Part shown: positions 32,641 through 43,022 of the stretch, in pieces
How the letters are laid out: each line of letters opens with the position of its first letter
Position numbering within the stretch: position 1 is the stretch's first letter
DNA from: Alphaproteobacteria bacterium
Lineage (GTDB): Bacteria; Pseudomonadota; Alphaproteobacteria; GCA-2731375
Length of the DNA stretch: 64,000 bases
Direction: 5' to 3'
Assembly: GCA_965225945.1 (NCBI GenBank)
Contig: CBDDBZ010000027.1
Location: 1-64,000 of the forward strand
Notes under the pieces: model-generated
Told to the model about the DNA's origin: nothing
Seen by the model: the letters and a program-made list of their open reading frames with translations, nothing else
Database searches by the model: none
Position numbers and translations under genes: made by a program

Positions 32641-32727
32641 GGCTGCGTCCTCCCTCGATCGGGGCGATGAAGCGTCAGTCTACACCGACATCGCCGTTCC
32701 CGCACGGCCGAAATTCAGGGCCGAATT

Positions 32728-33291
32728 TCATCGGGCGCATTGATAGAGGACAATCTCCTCGCCGCTCATCCGAGGCAACAGGGCCCTGCGGTCGAAGCCA
32801 CGGCAATGTTCGCCGGCGCGCTCCCGGGCATGCTTGTCGCCGATGCTGGAGACCGGTCCGACGGCCACGCTGGTGGCGTTGCCGGCCAGCACCCGAGGGC
32901 CGCTCGGCGGTGGTGGCGGCGCAGTGGGTCGCGCGGGCGGTGATAGCCCGGCTCTGGGCGCGGTGTTCGCGCCCGCTACCGGGGCCGGCCGGGCCGGCGT
33001 CGCCGACGACGCGGGGTGCCGGTTCGGCGACGGCAGAGCCGATCGCGACGCTGCGCGCGGCGGCGGCAGCGGCGAAACCGCGACCGGCTGGCGCGCCGGC
33101 GCCACGTCGTTCGACACCCGGGGCGCGCTCGCCGCCGGTGCCGGCCGATCGACCCGTTGAACGCCGGGGCGATGCTCCAGGAAATCGCTCCCTTCGCAAG
33201 CGGCCAAAAGCGCGGCCAACGCCAGGGGCACCAAGCGTCCCGCCAGGGCGATTCCAGGCACGAACACTGGACCGTGAAGGGGAGCGGGCAT
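32728..33291 (-). CDS. Putative lipoprotein
   Basis: Lipobox LLAAC; Pro/Ala linker; C-terminal HC...YQC. Confidence 0.55.
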   Translation of the reverse strand: MPAPLHGPVFVPGIALAGRLVPLALAALLAACEGSDFLEHRPGVQRVDRPAPAASAPRVSNDVAPARQPVAVSPLPPPRAASRSALPSPNRHPASSATPARPAPVAGANTAPRAGLSPPARPTAPPPPPSGPRVLAGNATSVAVGPVSSIGDKHARERAGEHCRGFDRRALLPRMSGEEIVLYQCAR

Positions 33292-33298
33292 GTCGAAT

Positions 33299-33895
33299 TC
33301 AGGCCGAAGAGAGGGCGAAATCCGCCGCCGTCAGCACCGCCTCGAGGCGTAGGCCGCTCGCCGCGAGATTGTCCCGCGCGCCCTCCCCTCGGTCGACGAC
33401 GGTAACGACGGTGTCGACGATCGCGCCCTCGGCCCGAGCCGCCTCGACCGCGCGCAACACCGAGCCGCCGGTCGTCGTCACGTCGTCGAGCAGCACCGCG
33501 CGCCGGCCCGCCAGCGCCTCCACCGCCACCCCCTCGACCAGGCGCCGCGTGCCATGCTCCTTCGCCTGTTTACGAACGAAGAAGCCGGCGATGCCGGGGC
33601 CGCCACCGCCCCAACTCCTGACGCAGACACCCGCGACCACCGGAACCGCGCCCATTTCCAAGCCGCCGACGAAAGCCGGGCGCGGCGCGCCGAGGGCGCC
33701 GAGAACCAGTTCGGCGACCAGGTTCGCCCCCTCCGGATCGAACAGCGTCGGCTTCATGTCGAAATAGAACGTGCTCGCCCGGCCGGAGACGAGCACGGTC
33801 GTCCCGCCGACGCTCAACGACTTCGCGGCGATGATCTCCGCGAGCCGTTTCCGCCCGCCGTCGACCGCCGCCGCCGATCCTTCCGCCACGCTCAT
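33299..33895 (-). CDS. pyrE: Orotate phosphoribosyltransferase
   Basis: SGRASTFYFDMK, VRKQAKEHGT, LLDDVTTTGGS. Confidence 0.92.
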   Translation of the reverse strand: MSVAEGSAAAVDGGRKRLAEIIAAKSLSVGGTTVLVSGRASTFYFDMKPTLFDPEGANLVAELVLGALGAPRPAFVGGLEMGAVPVVAGVCVRSWGGGGPGIAGFFVRKQAKEHGTRRLVEGVAVEALAGRRAVLLDDVTTTGGSVLRAVEAARAEGAIVDTVVTVVDRGEGARDNLAASGLRLEAVLTAADFALSSA

Positions 33896-34183
33896 ACCCG
33901 ACCCTCCCGCGCCGCCCCGACGCCGATCCGCCCTGCCCCCTTGCATATCACGGAACCATCCGATCGGAGCGCCGCCCTCACACGAGCGCGAAAAAATTCG
34001 ACCACCGACGGCGTCCCCGTCACGCCTGGGTATCGCCGAGAGTTGACATTCCGGCTTGCTAATATCCATGCATTACCGTCGAGCCGCCACAACCTGGCGC
34101 GCGAGGGGAACGGCGGCCGGCGTTCAGGCCGTTCCGCCGATCAAACGAGATTGAATAGCTTGGCCGGCCGGCTGTCGGGCGGT

Positions 34184-34426
34184 TTATTCCCGGCCTCTTT
34201 TTTCCACGACCTGACTCAATACCAGAAGAGTTACCGGCCATAGAGCGACAAAGATTCCCCACCGCTCTCCATGAGCTTCTTTCAGGACCGCTCTTAGCGC
34301 GGGATCGTCAATACCATCGAGGACCGGCCTGACCAGTTCTATTTGTGGCCCGAAGTACCAAAGGATCCAGGCAAGCGGAATAGAAACAATGCCGAGCCAA
34401 AACAGAGCTTGAGGCAACATTTTCAT
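34184..34426 (-). CDS. Small membrane protein
   Basis: Two TM segments; GGAGAGG RBS; AHGERWGIFVALWP. Confidence 0.65.
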   Translation of the reverse strand: MKMLPQALFWLGIVSIPLAWILWYFGPQIELVRPVLDGIDDPALRAVLKEAHGERWGIFVALWPVTLLVLSQVVEKRGRE

Positions 34427-34782
34427 CTTTCCCTCCTCCGGGCATGTCGCGGAGCTGGTGATCCAGCGCGAGTGCCCTTGGTCCGAGAACGTCTACGACC
34501 CTCCGACGCGGGCGGCGGGCGGCGGTGGTTCCACCACCGGCGGCGGTGGGGGGCGTAGCGGAGGCGGCTTCGGCCGGTCCTTCGGCGGAAGCTTGATCCG
34601 CCAGTTGGGCAACCGGTTGGGCAGCGGCTCCGGAGGCTTTCGCGCTGGTGGCTTGGGCGGCATGGCTATTCTCCGATATCCCATCGCGTCGCCTACAATG
34701 ATAGCACAATCGGGCATCAATGCGGCTTCCAGCGCTCGTTGCGGCCGACTAGCCCGGAATCGTCGCGAACGGTTCCAGCGGT

Positions 34783-35289
34783 TCAGATCTGGGACCAAAA
34801 GATCCGCGTCACGGCGATGGTCACGAGTTCGAGATAGAGGATCATCGCGGCGAGCATGCCGTAGCGCTGGATTTCGCTGACCAGTCGCGATTTACGCCTG
34901 CGGGCGGCGTCGGTGAAGCTCGACCACTTAGAAGTGATGTACTCGATCTTGTTGTGCTCGGCGCCCTGCCACCATTGCAGGCTGAGCAAAACCAGCATCG
35001 AGAGCAGGCTGAAGATCCAGACCACGATCAACAGATAAAACGAGAGCTTCTCGTCCGCCCATCGGGTCCACTGACTGTAGGTGGTCACGGCGATGGCGAA
35101 TGCCGAGAAGTAGAGTACCGAGCGCCACTGCTGCTGCTTGGCGAAACGGATGTTGATCGAGTGCTGCTTGGCGAAACGGATGTTGATCGAGGCATCCTCG
35201 TAAAGGCGCTGGAACTCGACGTGGGTCTGCGCATCCAGCGCGCTCGGCTGGTCTTGCTCGGGATCGAGCGGATCGTCGTTCACGGACAC
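34783..35289 (-). CDS. Hypothetical membrane protein with an in-frame 10-aa duplication
   Basis: Three hydrophobic segments; SINIRFAKQ twice (30-bp tandem 35132-35191). Confidence 0.65.
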   Translation of the reverse strand: MSVNDDPLDPEQDQPSALDAQTHVEFQRLYEDASINIRFAKQHSINIRFAKQQQWRSVLYFSAFAIAVTTYSQWTRWADEKLSFYLLIVVWIFSLLSMLVLLSLQWWQGAEHNKIEYITSKWSSFTDAARRRKSRLVSEIQRYGMLAAMILYLELVTIAVTRIFWSQI

Positions 35290-35576
35290 GTCTTTGTCCT
35301 TCTTGGCTGCGGGCGACAGACATCATAGCTCGGCACTCTGGCTGGCGACACCGTAACGGCCTGCCTCGGCTGCGCGACGTCCGAGCGCGCCATGCCGGCG
35401 TGGATGGCGGCGAAGGCGGGCGGGCGACCGCATGGCCGTCCGCGGAGGAAATCCTGTTCCTTCGACGATGCTACGTGGCTATGATCTCCACGAACCTGGC
35501 GGTTATCCGGGAAATGCCGGCTCGTAGCGGCCCATCGCCGGCAACCCGTCGCCGGCACGGAAAGGGGAGAAACGCC

Positions 35577-36518
35577 ATGTCGGTCGCCGAGCCATCGGCC
35601 CACGACGATTTCACCGTCGCGCCCGTCTCGCCGGTCCTCGGCGCCGAAGTCGTCGGGCTCGACGTCTCGCGGCGGCTGGATCCCCCGACACTGGCCCGCG
35701 TCCGCGATGCCTTCCAGGACCACCACATGCTGTGCTTCCGCGATGCTCGGCTCGACGACGACCAGCTTGTCGCCTTCTCGACCCAGTTCGGAGCCCTGGA
35801 GACGTTCCCGGAGAAGGACAAGACCAAGGGCAAGGTCGAGGTCTACAACGTCGCCAACGTGTCGGCAGAGGGCGAACACCTGCCGGAAGAAGACCCGCGG
35901 GTGATCTTCCAGCGCAACAACGGGCGCTGGCATACCGACAGCTCCTACCGCTACACCCCGTCGCTCGCCTCGATCATGTACGGCATCGAAGTGCTGCCCG
36001 AGGAAGCGGAAGGCGGGGAGACCGGATTCTCGAACATGCTGGCGGCTTACGCGGCGCTGCCCGAAGACATGAAGGCGCGGCTCGAACCCCTGCACCAGGT
36101 GCATTCCTACGCCGACATCCGGCGCCTGGAGCCGAGGATGCCGGCGATGACGGCGGAAGAGCGGGACGCCATGCCGCCGGTCACCCATCCGGTGATCCGC
36201 GTGCACCCGGACCGCGGCTACCGGCGCTCGCTCTATTTCACCTCCAACACCAGCCTCGAGATCGGCGGCATGACCCTCGAGGAGGGCAAGGCCCTGCATC
36301 GCTGGCTCGTCGAGTATGTGAGCCGGCCGGAATTTTGTTATTTCCACCGCTGGCGCCCCAACGACTTGGTGATGTGGGACAACCGGGCGCTGCTGCACCG
36401 GGCGATTCCGTACGACTACGCGCGCTACCGGCGCGTCCTTAGGCGCACCACGGTCGCCGGCGCCGGCCCCATCATGGGGCCGTTCTGGCCCGAGGCCCGC
36501 GAGGCGGCCGGCGGCTGA
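35577..36518 (+). CDS. TauD/TfdA-family 2-oxoglutarate dioxygenase
   Basis: WHTDSSY, HPVIRVHP, WDNRALLHR. Confidence 0.93.
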   Translation: MSVAEPSAHDDFTVAPVSPVLGAEVVGLDVSRRLDPPTLARVRDAFQDHHMLCFRDARLDDDQLVAFSTQFGALETFPEKDKTKGKVEVYNVANVSAEGEHLPEEDPRVIFQRNNGRWHTDSSYRYTPSLASIMYGIEVLPEEAEGGETGFSNMLAAYAALPEDMKARLEPLHQVHSYADIRRLEPRMPAMTAEERDAMPPVTHPVIRVHPDRGYRRSLYFTSNTSLEIGGMTLEEGKALHRWLVEYVSRPEFCYFHRWRPNDLVMWDNRALLHRAIPYDYARYRRVLRRTTVAGAGPIMGPFWPEAREAAGG

Positions 36519-36631
36519 TCCTCGAACGCGGCATCGAGGGGACCGGCGCTACGGCCCAGGCGGAGCCCTCCGCGCGGCTCTCGGAATCGACGAGGGCCCG
36601 GGCGGTCGGCGCCCAGGCCTTCACTTGAAAT

Positions 36632-36707
<76 letters not shown>

Positions 36708-36867
36708 TCAGTTCGGCCACGCGCGCGCGGAAGCGGCTTATAACAAAAGCCTCGCCCCGGCACCAGAGTCGAATGACGCGATGTCGAATGCGGCGATTTC
36801 ACGCGCTCGTCCGGCCGTGGAATGATGGCCGCCGGCCGGCATGGCCAGACCAAGGGTGGGGATGCGC

Positions 36868-37629
36868 ATGAGCGAGGGGCAAGGCGAATTCCGCGACCGC
36901 GTCGCGCTGGTGACCGGCGGCGGGCGGGGGATCGGGCGGGCGAGCGCCATGCGGCTGGCGGCGGCCGGCGCTAGCGTTGCGGTCAACTACCGCTGCGACC
37001 ACGACGCGGCTAAGGCGGTGGTCGCCGACATCCAGACCCGGGGCGGCCGGGCGCTGGCGATCGCCGCCGACGTCGGCGACCGCGCGGCGGTGGGGACAAT
37101 GGTGGCCGAGGTCGCGGCGAGCCTGGGGCCCATCGACCTGCTAGTCACCAGCGCCGGCGCTTCGCCCTCGGAAGGCCCGGGCGGGCCCGACGCCGAAACC
37201 TGGGCCGAGGTCATGCGGGTCAATCTGGACGGGGTCTATCACCCGGTGATGGCGGTGAAGGACGCCATGGTGATGAGGCGCTACGGCCGGATCGTCACCA
37301 TCTCCTCGATCGCCGGCCTCCGCCCGCGCCCGCATATGGTCGCCTACGCCACCGCCAAGGCCGCCGTCATCGCCTTCACCCGCAACATCTCGGGCCTGCT
37401 GGCGCCCGACGTCCGCATCAACAGCGTCGCCCCGGGGCTGATCGAGACCGACATGATCGAGGCCATGAATCCCACCCGCCGGGAGGAGATGATCGAGGCG
37501 ACGCCGCTGCTGCGCCTGGGCCAGGCAGCGGAGATCGCCGACGCCGCCTTCTTCCTGCTGTCCGACGCGAGCCGCTTCACCACCGGCCAGACCCTGGTCG
37601 CGAGCGGCGGCCGCGTCACCCTGCCGTGA
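36868..37629 (+). CDS. SDR-family oxidoreductase
   Basis: TGGGRGIG, YATAK, NSVAPG. Confidence 0.93.
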   Translation: MSEGQGEFRDRVALVTGGGRGIGRASAMRLAAAGASVAVNYRCDHDAAKAVVADIQTRGGRALAIAADVGDRAAVGTMVAEVAASLGPIDLLVTSAGASPSEGPGGPDAETWAEVMRVNLDGVYHPVMAVKDAMVMRRYGRIVTISSIAGLRPRPHMVAYATAKAAVIAFTRNISGLLAPDVRINSVAPGLIETDMIEAMNPTRREEMIEATPLLRLGQAAEIADAAFFLLSDASRFTTGQTLVASGGRVTLP

Positions 37630-37635
37630 GCCGCG

Positions 37636-39954
37636 TCACCTTCGCTCGGCGGCTCGAATGGCGCGCCAGATCCGCTGCGGCGTCGCCGGCATGTCCAGAT
37701 GCTCGATACCGAGGCCTGAGAGCGCGTCCAGCACCGCGTTCATGATCGTCTGCGAGGCGCCGATGCACCCCGCCTGGCCCGAGCCCTTGACGCCCAAGGG
37801 ATTGATCCCGGTCGGCGTCGGTTCGAAGCGGACCTCGAGGTCCGGCAGGTCGGCGGCCCTGGGCAGGACATAGTCCATCAGGCTGGCGCTCAGCAGTTGC
37901 GCCGTCTCGGGCTGGTAGGCGATTGCCTCCCACAGCGCCTGACCGATGCCTTGGGCGAGCCCGCCCTGCACTTGGCCGGTGGTGATGCGGGGATCGAGCA
38001 GGCGTCCGTAATCGTCGACCGCGAGGTAGCGCAGGAGGGCGAGCGCACCGGTCTCGGGGTCGATCTCCAGCTCCGCGACGTGGCAGCCGTTGGGAAAGGT
38101 GAAGCGGCTCTCGTCGTTGTGGGCGAAGCTGTCGAGGCCCACCGCGCCATCCTCGCCGACCCCCGGCGACTCGCGCGCCGCTCTCGCCACCTCGTCGAGC
38201 CCGACCCGGCGATCGGAGCCGGCGACCCGGAATTCGCCCTCGGCGTAGTCGACCTCGTCCTCGCCAGCCTGCAGCAGCCGGGCGGCCACCCCTTTTCCTT
38301 TCCCCAAGGCGCGCTCGATCGCCATCACCAGCGCGGTACCGCCCATGTGCATCGAGCGCGCGCCGCCGTGGCCATGGCCCTCGCGGATCAGCGAGGTATC
38401 GCCCTGGAGGTAGGAGAAGCGCACGGCCGGCAGGCCCAGCCGGTCGGCCGCGATTCTAGGGTAGGTGGTCTCGTGGCCCTGGCCGTTCGATTCCGTGCCG
38501 ACCCTGAGCTCGATAGCGCCGTCGGCGGCGAAGCGGATCTCCGCCCCCTCCCCCGGCGCGCCGCGCGAGGTCTCCAGAAAACACGCTAGCCCCATGCCCC
38601 GGAGGCGGCCCGCCTCGGCCGAGCGCTTGCGCCGCGCCTCGAAGCCGGCGCGGTCGGCCGCCGCCACCGCCACCTCGATCATGTGGGTGAAGCGGCCGCA
38701 ATCGATCTCGAAGCCCAGCGCGCTCCGGTGGGGAAAGGTCCGGATTGCGTTCCGCAGCCGTAGCTCTACCGGATCGCGCCCCAGCCGCCGGGCGGCGATG
38801 TCGATCAGCCGCTCGATCACGAAGTTCGCTTCCGGCTTGCCGGCGCCGCGATAGGCATCCAGCGGTGCCGTGTTGGTGAAGACGCCCCGGCTTTCCATGT
38901 GGACATGGGCGATGGCGTAAATGCCGCCAAACGCGGTAGAGGCGGAATTGGTCGACATGCCGGGCCCGTTGCCGGAGAGATAAGCGCCCATGTTGGCGAC
39001 GAGGCTGGCCTGCAGGGCGAGGAAATTGCCCTCGGCGTCGAGCGCCAGGCGGGCCCGGGTTCGGATGTCGCGGCCGTGCGCGGCGGCGAGAAATTCCTCC
39101 CCCCGCTCGGCTAGCCAGCGAACCGGCCGCCCGTGCCGGCGCGCCGCCCAGAGCACCAGGACCCATTCCGGGTAGAGGAAGTTCTTCATCCCGAAGCCGC
39201 CGCCGACGTCGGGCGCGCGGACCACGAGGCGCTCCGGCGCAATTGCGAAGATATCCTCGCAGAGCTGGCCGTGAATGCCGTGGACACCCTGGCCGCTCAG
39301 CGTCAGGGTCATGACGTCGCTGCCCGCGTCGTATTCGGCGATGGCCGCCCGGGGCTCGATCGGCGCCGCCACCACGCGGTGGTTGTCGATCTCGACCTCC
39401 ACCACGTGCGCCGCCTCGGCGATCGCCCGCTCCGTCGCCGCGGAATCACCCAGGTTCACATGATGCGAAATATTGCCCGGCGCCTCGGGCCAGAGCGCGA
39501 CCGCGCCCGCCGCCATGGCGTCCTGGGGATCGACCACGGCGGGCAGGGCCTCGTAGTCGACCTCGATCAGCTCCATCGCGTCGAGCGCCGCCGCCCGGCT
39601 CTCGGCGACGACGAAGGCTACGGAATCGCCGACATGGCGCACCCGGCCCCGCGCCAGGGCCGGGCGCGGCGGCACGTTCAGGGGCGCCGGCACCCGAAAG
39701 GTCACCTTGCAGGGCAAGTCGCCGATACGATCGGCCGCGAGATCCGCCTCGGTGTAGATGGCGACGACGCCCGGCACGGCGCGCGCCTCGGCGGCGTCGA
39801 GGGAGAGAATCGTCGCGTGGGCATGGGGCGAGCGCAACACGACACTCCAGAGCGCGCCCGGAAGCGCGATGTCGTCGCTATAGCGCCCCCGCCCGGTGAG
39901 GAAGCGCGGATCCTCGCGCCGGGGAACCGATTGGCCGAGATTGATTTCATTCAT
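37636..39954 (-). CDS. Xanthine dehydrogenase/CoxL-like molybdopterin-binding subunit
   Basis: RREDPRFLTGRGRY, DVGGGFG, AYRGAG, GQGHET, GVKGSGQ. Confidence 0.93.
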   Translation of the reverse strand: MNEINLGQSVPRREDPRFLTGRGRYSDDIALPGALWSVVLRSPHAHATILSLDAAEARAVPGVVAIYTEADLAADRIGDLPCKVTFRVPAPLNVPPRPALARGRVRHVGDSVAFVVAESRAAALDAMELIEVDYEALPAVVDPQDAMAAGAVALWPEAPGNISHHVNLGDSAATERAIAEAAHVVEVEIDNHRVVAAPIEPRAAIAEYDAGSDVMTLTLSGQGVHGIHGQLCEDIFAIAPERLVVRAPDVGGGFGMKNFLYPEWVLVLWAARRHGRPVRWLAERGEEFLAAAHGRDIRTRARLALDAEGNFLALQASLVANMGAYLSGNGPGMSTNSASTAFGGIYAIAHVHMESRGVFTNTAPLDAYRGAGKPEANFVIERLIDIAARRLGRDPVELRLRNAIRTFPHRSALGFEIDCGRFTHMIEVAVAAADRAGFEARRKRSAEAGRLRGMGLACFLETSRGAPGEGAEIRFAADGAIELRVGTESNGQGHETTYPRIAADRLGLPAVRFSYLQGDTSLIREGHGHGGARSMHMGGTALVMAIERALGKGKGVAARLLQAGEDEVDYAEGEFRVAGSDRRVGLDEVARAARESPGVGEDGAVGLDSFAHNDESRFTFPNGCHVAELEIDPETGALALLRYLAVDDYGRLLDPRITTGQVQGGLAQGIGQALWEAIAYQPETAQLLSASLMDYVLPRAADLPDLEVRFEPTPTGINPLGVKGSGQAGCIGASQTIMNAVLDALSGLGIEHLDMPATPQRIWRAIRAAERR

Positions 39955-40063
39955 GATTCCCGTCTCTCTTCCTTGCGCGCCCGGGCGGAAGCTAGCACCG
40001 CCCTTTGCGCGCCGCCATGGCGCGAGGCGATACTGGGCACCCCACGCCCGCCGGAGTTCCTGC

Positions 40064-41248
40064 ATGGCCAGCCGAAGCACCGAGGTTATCGTCGTCGGCG
40101 CCGGCATCGGCGGCCTCGCCGCGACGCTCGCGCTCGCAGGGCAAGGCTTTCGCGTCACGCTGCTGGAGCAAGCGGCTCGGCTCGGCGAGGTCGGCGCGGG
40201 CGTGCAGATCAGCGCCAACGGCGCGGCTGTGCTGCACCATCTGGGCTTGAGCCCGCGCCTCGACGCGGTCGCCTTCACGCCGGAACGCGGTGAGGTCCGC
40301 CATTGGCGGATGGGCGAGACCCTGAGCACCCGCCCCCTCGGCCGGGCCAGCCTCGAGCGCTTCGGCCATCCCTACTATCACCTGCATCGCGCCGACCTCC
40401 ACACAGCACTTGCCGAGGCGGTCCGGGCGGCGGCACCCGGCGCGATCCGGCTCGGCGCCGAGGTCTCGGGCTTCGAGGCGCATGGCGCCAGAGTCGCGGT
40501 TCGGACCGAGGCGGGCGAGAGCTTCGAGGGCGACGTCGTGATCGGCGCCGACGGCATCCACTCGACCATCCGCGAGCTGACCCACGGGGCTCAGGCCGCG
40601 CGCTTCACCGGCTGCATCGCCTGGCGCGCGACGATCCCGACCTCCGCGCTGCCGCCGGGCCATGTGCGGCCCGTCGCCTCCAACTGGATCGGCGCTGGCG
40701 GCCATTTCGTCCACTATTACGTCCGCCGGGGCGAGCTGGTGAACTGCGTCGGCGTCAGGGAGCAAGCGGCGTGGCAGGCCGAATCCTGGTCGGCGGAGGG
40801 CGACGGCGCCACCTTCCTGGCCGATTTCGAAGGCTGGCACGAGGACGTGCTGGTGCTGATCCGGGCCGCGAGGCGATGTTATCGGTGGGGCCTCTTTGAC
40901 CGCGAGCCGATGCAATCCTGGTCACGCGGCGCCGTCACCCTGCTGGGGGATGCCTGCCACCCGATGCTGCCCTTCATGGCGCAGGGCGCGGTGATGGCGC
41001 TGGAGGACGCCTATACGCTCGCCGCCTGCCTGGCCCATGGCGAGGCCGATCCGCCGGCCGCCCTGCTCCGCTACGAAAGCCTTCGGCGCGAGCGAACGGG
41101 CGAGGTCCAGGCCCTGTCGCGGGCCAACATCGCCTTCTTCCACGACGCCGATCGCGACGACATCGCCGAGCGGCTGGAGCGCCACCGCGAGGCGCACCTC
41201 TGGCTCTACGGCTTCGACGTCACCGAGCAGGATTTCGCACCTCGGTGA
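40064..41248 (+). CDS. FAD-dependent monooxygenase (salicylate-hydroxylase-like)
   Basis: GAGIGGL, GADGIHS, LLGDACHPMLPFMAQGA. Confidence 0.92.
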   Translation: MASRSTEVIVVGAGIGGLAATLALAGQGFRVTLLEQAARLGEVGAGVQISANGAAVLHHLGLSPRLDAVAFTPERGEVRHWRMGETLSTRPLGRASLERFGHPYYHLHRADLHTALAEAVRAAAPGAIRLGAEVSGFEAHGARVAVRTEAGESFEGDVVIGADGIHSTIRELTHGAQAARFTGCIAWRATIPTSALPPGHVRPVASNWIGAGGHFVHYYVRRGELVNCVGVREQAAWQAESWSAEGDGATFLADFEGWHEDVLVLIRAARRCYRWGLFDREPMQSWSRGAVTLLGDACHPMLPFMAQGAVMALEDAYTLAACLAHGEADPPAALLRYESLRRERTGEVQALSRANIAFFHDADRDDIAERLERHREAHLWLYGFDVTEQDFAPR

Positions 41249-41330
41249 CCGTCATGATGCCACCCCGAGGCCCTATTTTCGCTGTTTCGAGAGTGTGAAA
41301 AAATACACGTGAAGCGAAGCGAAAGATTTT

Positions 41331-42360
41331 CCTGATTACGCACTTTACTCAGCCGGATTGATGTGGTACAAATCGTGAACATTTGGTGGTTTTTCTGGAG
41401 GTTCACAATGCCACGCAACAAGGTTCAGTTCCAGAAGGGGCTCAGCGAGCCGCGTTTTCGTGAGTTGTACGGTACCGAGGAGCAGTGTCGCGAGGCCCTG
41501 TTCCGCTGGCGCTGGCCGGAGGGCTTCTCCTGCCCCCGATGTGGCGCCACGCGCCATTGCGAGATCGCCGGGCGAAAACTCTACCAATGCGCCGCCTGCC
41601 GTCATCAAGTTTCGCTGACCGCCGGCACGCTCTTCCACGCGACCAAGCTGGCGCTGACCCTGTGGTTCTCGGCGATCTATCACATGACCCAATCGAAGAA
41701 AGGGATCTCCTCCCTCGAACTCGGCCGGCGGCTCGGCGTCACCCAGACCACGGCCTGGAAGATCAAGCAGAAACTGATGCAGTCCATGCTCGAGCGCGAT
41801 GCCAAATTGCCGCTCACCGGGCGGGTGGAGATGGACGATGCCTACCTCGGCGGCCGGCGTTCCGGGGCCAAGCGCGGCCGAGGCGCGCCGGGCAAGACGC
41901 CGTTCGTCGCCGCCGTCCAGACCACGAAGGAGGGCCAGCCCGTGCGCATCAAGCTCCGCCGCGTCAAGGGCTTCCGCAAGAGCGAGATCGCCAAGATGGC
42001 CAAGCGCGACCTGAGCCCGCTGGCGACGGTTGTCAGCGATGGGCTCGGCTGCTTCACCGCGGTCACCGCGTAAGGCTGTGCGCACCATCCGATACCCACC
42101 GGCTCCGGACCCGGGGCCGTCGCCGTGCCCGCCTTCAAATGGGTCAACACCACCCTCGGCAACCTCAAAAACACCCTGCGCGGTACCTACCATGCGATCC
42201 GACCCAAGCATGTGCCGCGCTATCTGGCGGCGTTCCAGTACCGATACAACCGCCGCTACCGGCTCGCCGACATGATCGAAGCCCTCGGCCGCGATGCCCT
42301 GCGCACGCCGCCCATGCCATATCGGCTCCTGAAGTTGGCTGAGGTTAGTGCGTAATCAGG
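41331..42360 (+). mobile_element. IS1595-family element (CCTGATT-type ends)
   Basis: IRs CCTGATTACGCACT...AGTGCGTAATCAGG; 8-bp TSD AAGATTTT. Confidence 0.93.
41408..42355 (+). pseudogene. IS1595 transposase with a premature stop
   Basis: Zn ribbon CPRC...CAAC, VEMDDAY, SDG; in-frame TAA at 42071-42073; the C-terminus (YRYNRRY) follows in the same frame. Confidence 0.88.
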
Positions 42361-42381
42361 AAGATTTTTGACAGGGAACTC

Positions 42382-42714
42382 ATGACCACGCCCGAGGGAT
42401 CGCCGCCGCAACCGTCACCGGGATTCGACAAGCGCGGCCTGCTCTTCGCCGTGATCTCGACCGGCTCCGCGGCGGTGAGCTGGTTCAGTTTGGACCTGGC
42501 CGCCTTCCTCGTGCCGATTGCCGTGCTGTTTTGCTTCGCCGGACTTTGGCGCTGCATCCGCGGCTACCGGGGCGCCAACCTGCCGATGGCGATCATCGCC
42601 ACCGCGATCACCGCCGCCGTCGTCTATTCCAGCTTTCAGGAGTTCGGCGGCGCCATCCTGAACGGCGAATGGGTGGAGCTCGCGCGCAAGCGCGGCGAGG
42701 CGTCGTCGTGTTGA
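42382..42714 (+). CDS. Small membrane protein
   Basis: Three hydrophobic segments; RBS and ATG contributed by the repeat end. Confidence 0.55.
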   Translation: MTTPEGSPPQPSPGFDKRGLLFAVISTGSAAVSWFSLDLAAFLVPIAVLFCFAGLWRCIRGYRGANLPMAIIATAITAAVVYSSFQEFGGAILNGEWVELARKRGEASSC

Positions 42715-42814
42715 GCGCAGCGGCCCCGTGGCTTCGGGCCCATCGCCCGGGGTACGGCGAGGAGGTGCTGGAGGCGGGGCTGCCCTTATCCCCCTATCCA
42801 ACCGCCGCGTCGAC

Positions 42815-42998
42815 TCACCCCCCAGCGTCCGCCACCCGAAGGACCCGCTCCCGCAGCACGTCCTTGCGGACCTTGCCCATGCTGTCGAGCGAAAACTCGC
42901 TCATCATCACGATCCGCGACGGAAATTTGAAAGCCGCGATCCTCGGCCGCAGATAGGCGGGGATCTCGTCCTCGCTCAGGCCCTCGCCCGCTTTGGCG
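42815..42998 (-). pseudogene. Displaced, diverged copy of the 3' end of the acyl-CoA ligase at 47095-48765
   Basis: AKAGEGLSEDEIPAYLRPRIAAFKFPSRIVMMSEFSLDSMGKVRKDVLRE aligns without gaps to 47095-47278. Confidence 0.85.
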
Positions 42999-43022
42999 CG
43001 ACGATCACATAACTGCTGCCCC

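Larger units (their letters stand above)
41287..42381 (+). repeat. Intergenic mini-repeat, copy E, split by IS1595
   Basis: TGTGAAAAAATACACGTGAAGCGAAGCGAAAGATTTT-[IS]-TGACAGGGAACTC-ATG; closely similar to copy D. Confidence 0.65.

Noticed and set aside
34493-34663. Proline-rich small ORF (MPPKPPARKPP...)
   Set aside because: Could be real, but low complexity and no recognisable family; insufficient support
41331-42360. IS1595 as the helper that mobilises the 755-bp cassette
   Set aside because: Its ends (CCTGATTACG) differ from the cassette ends (CTTGCCTATC) and its transposase has an internal stop
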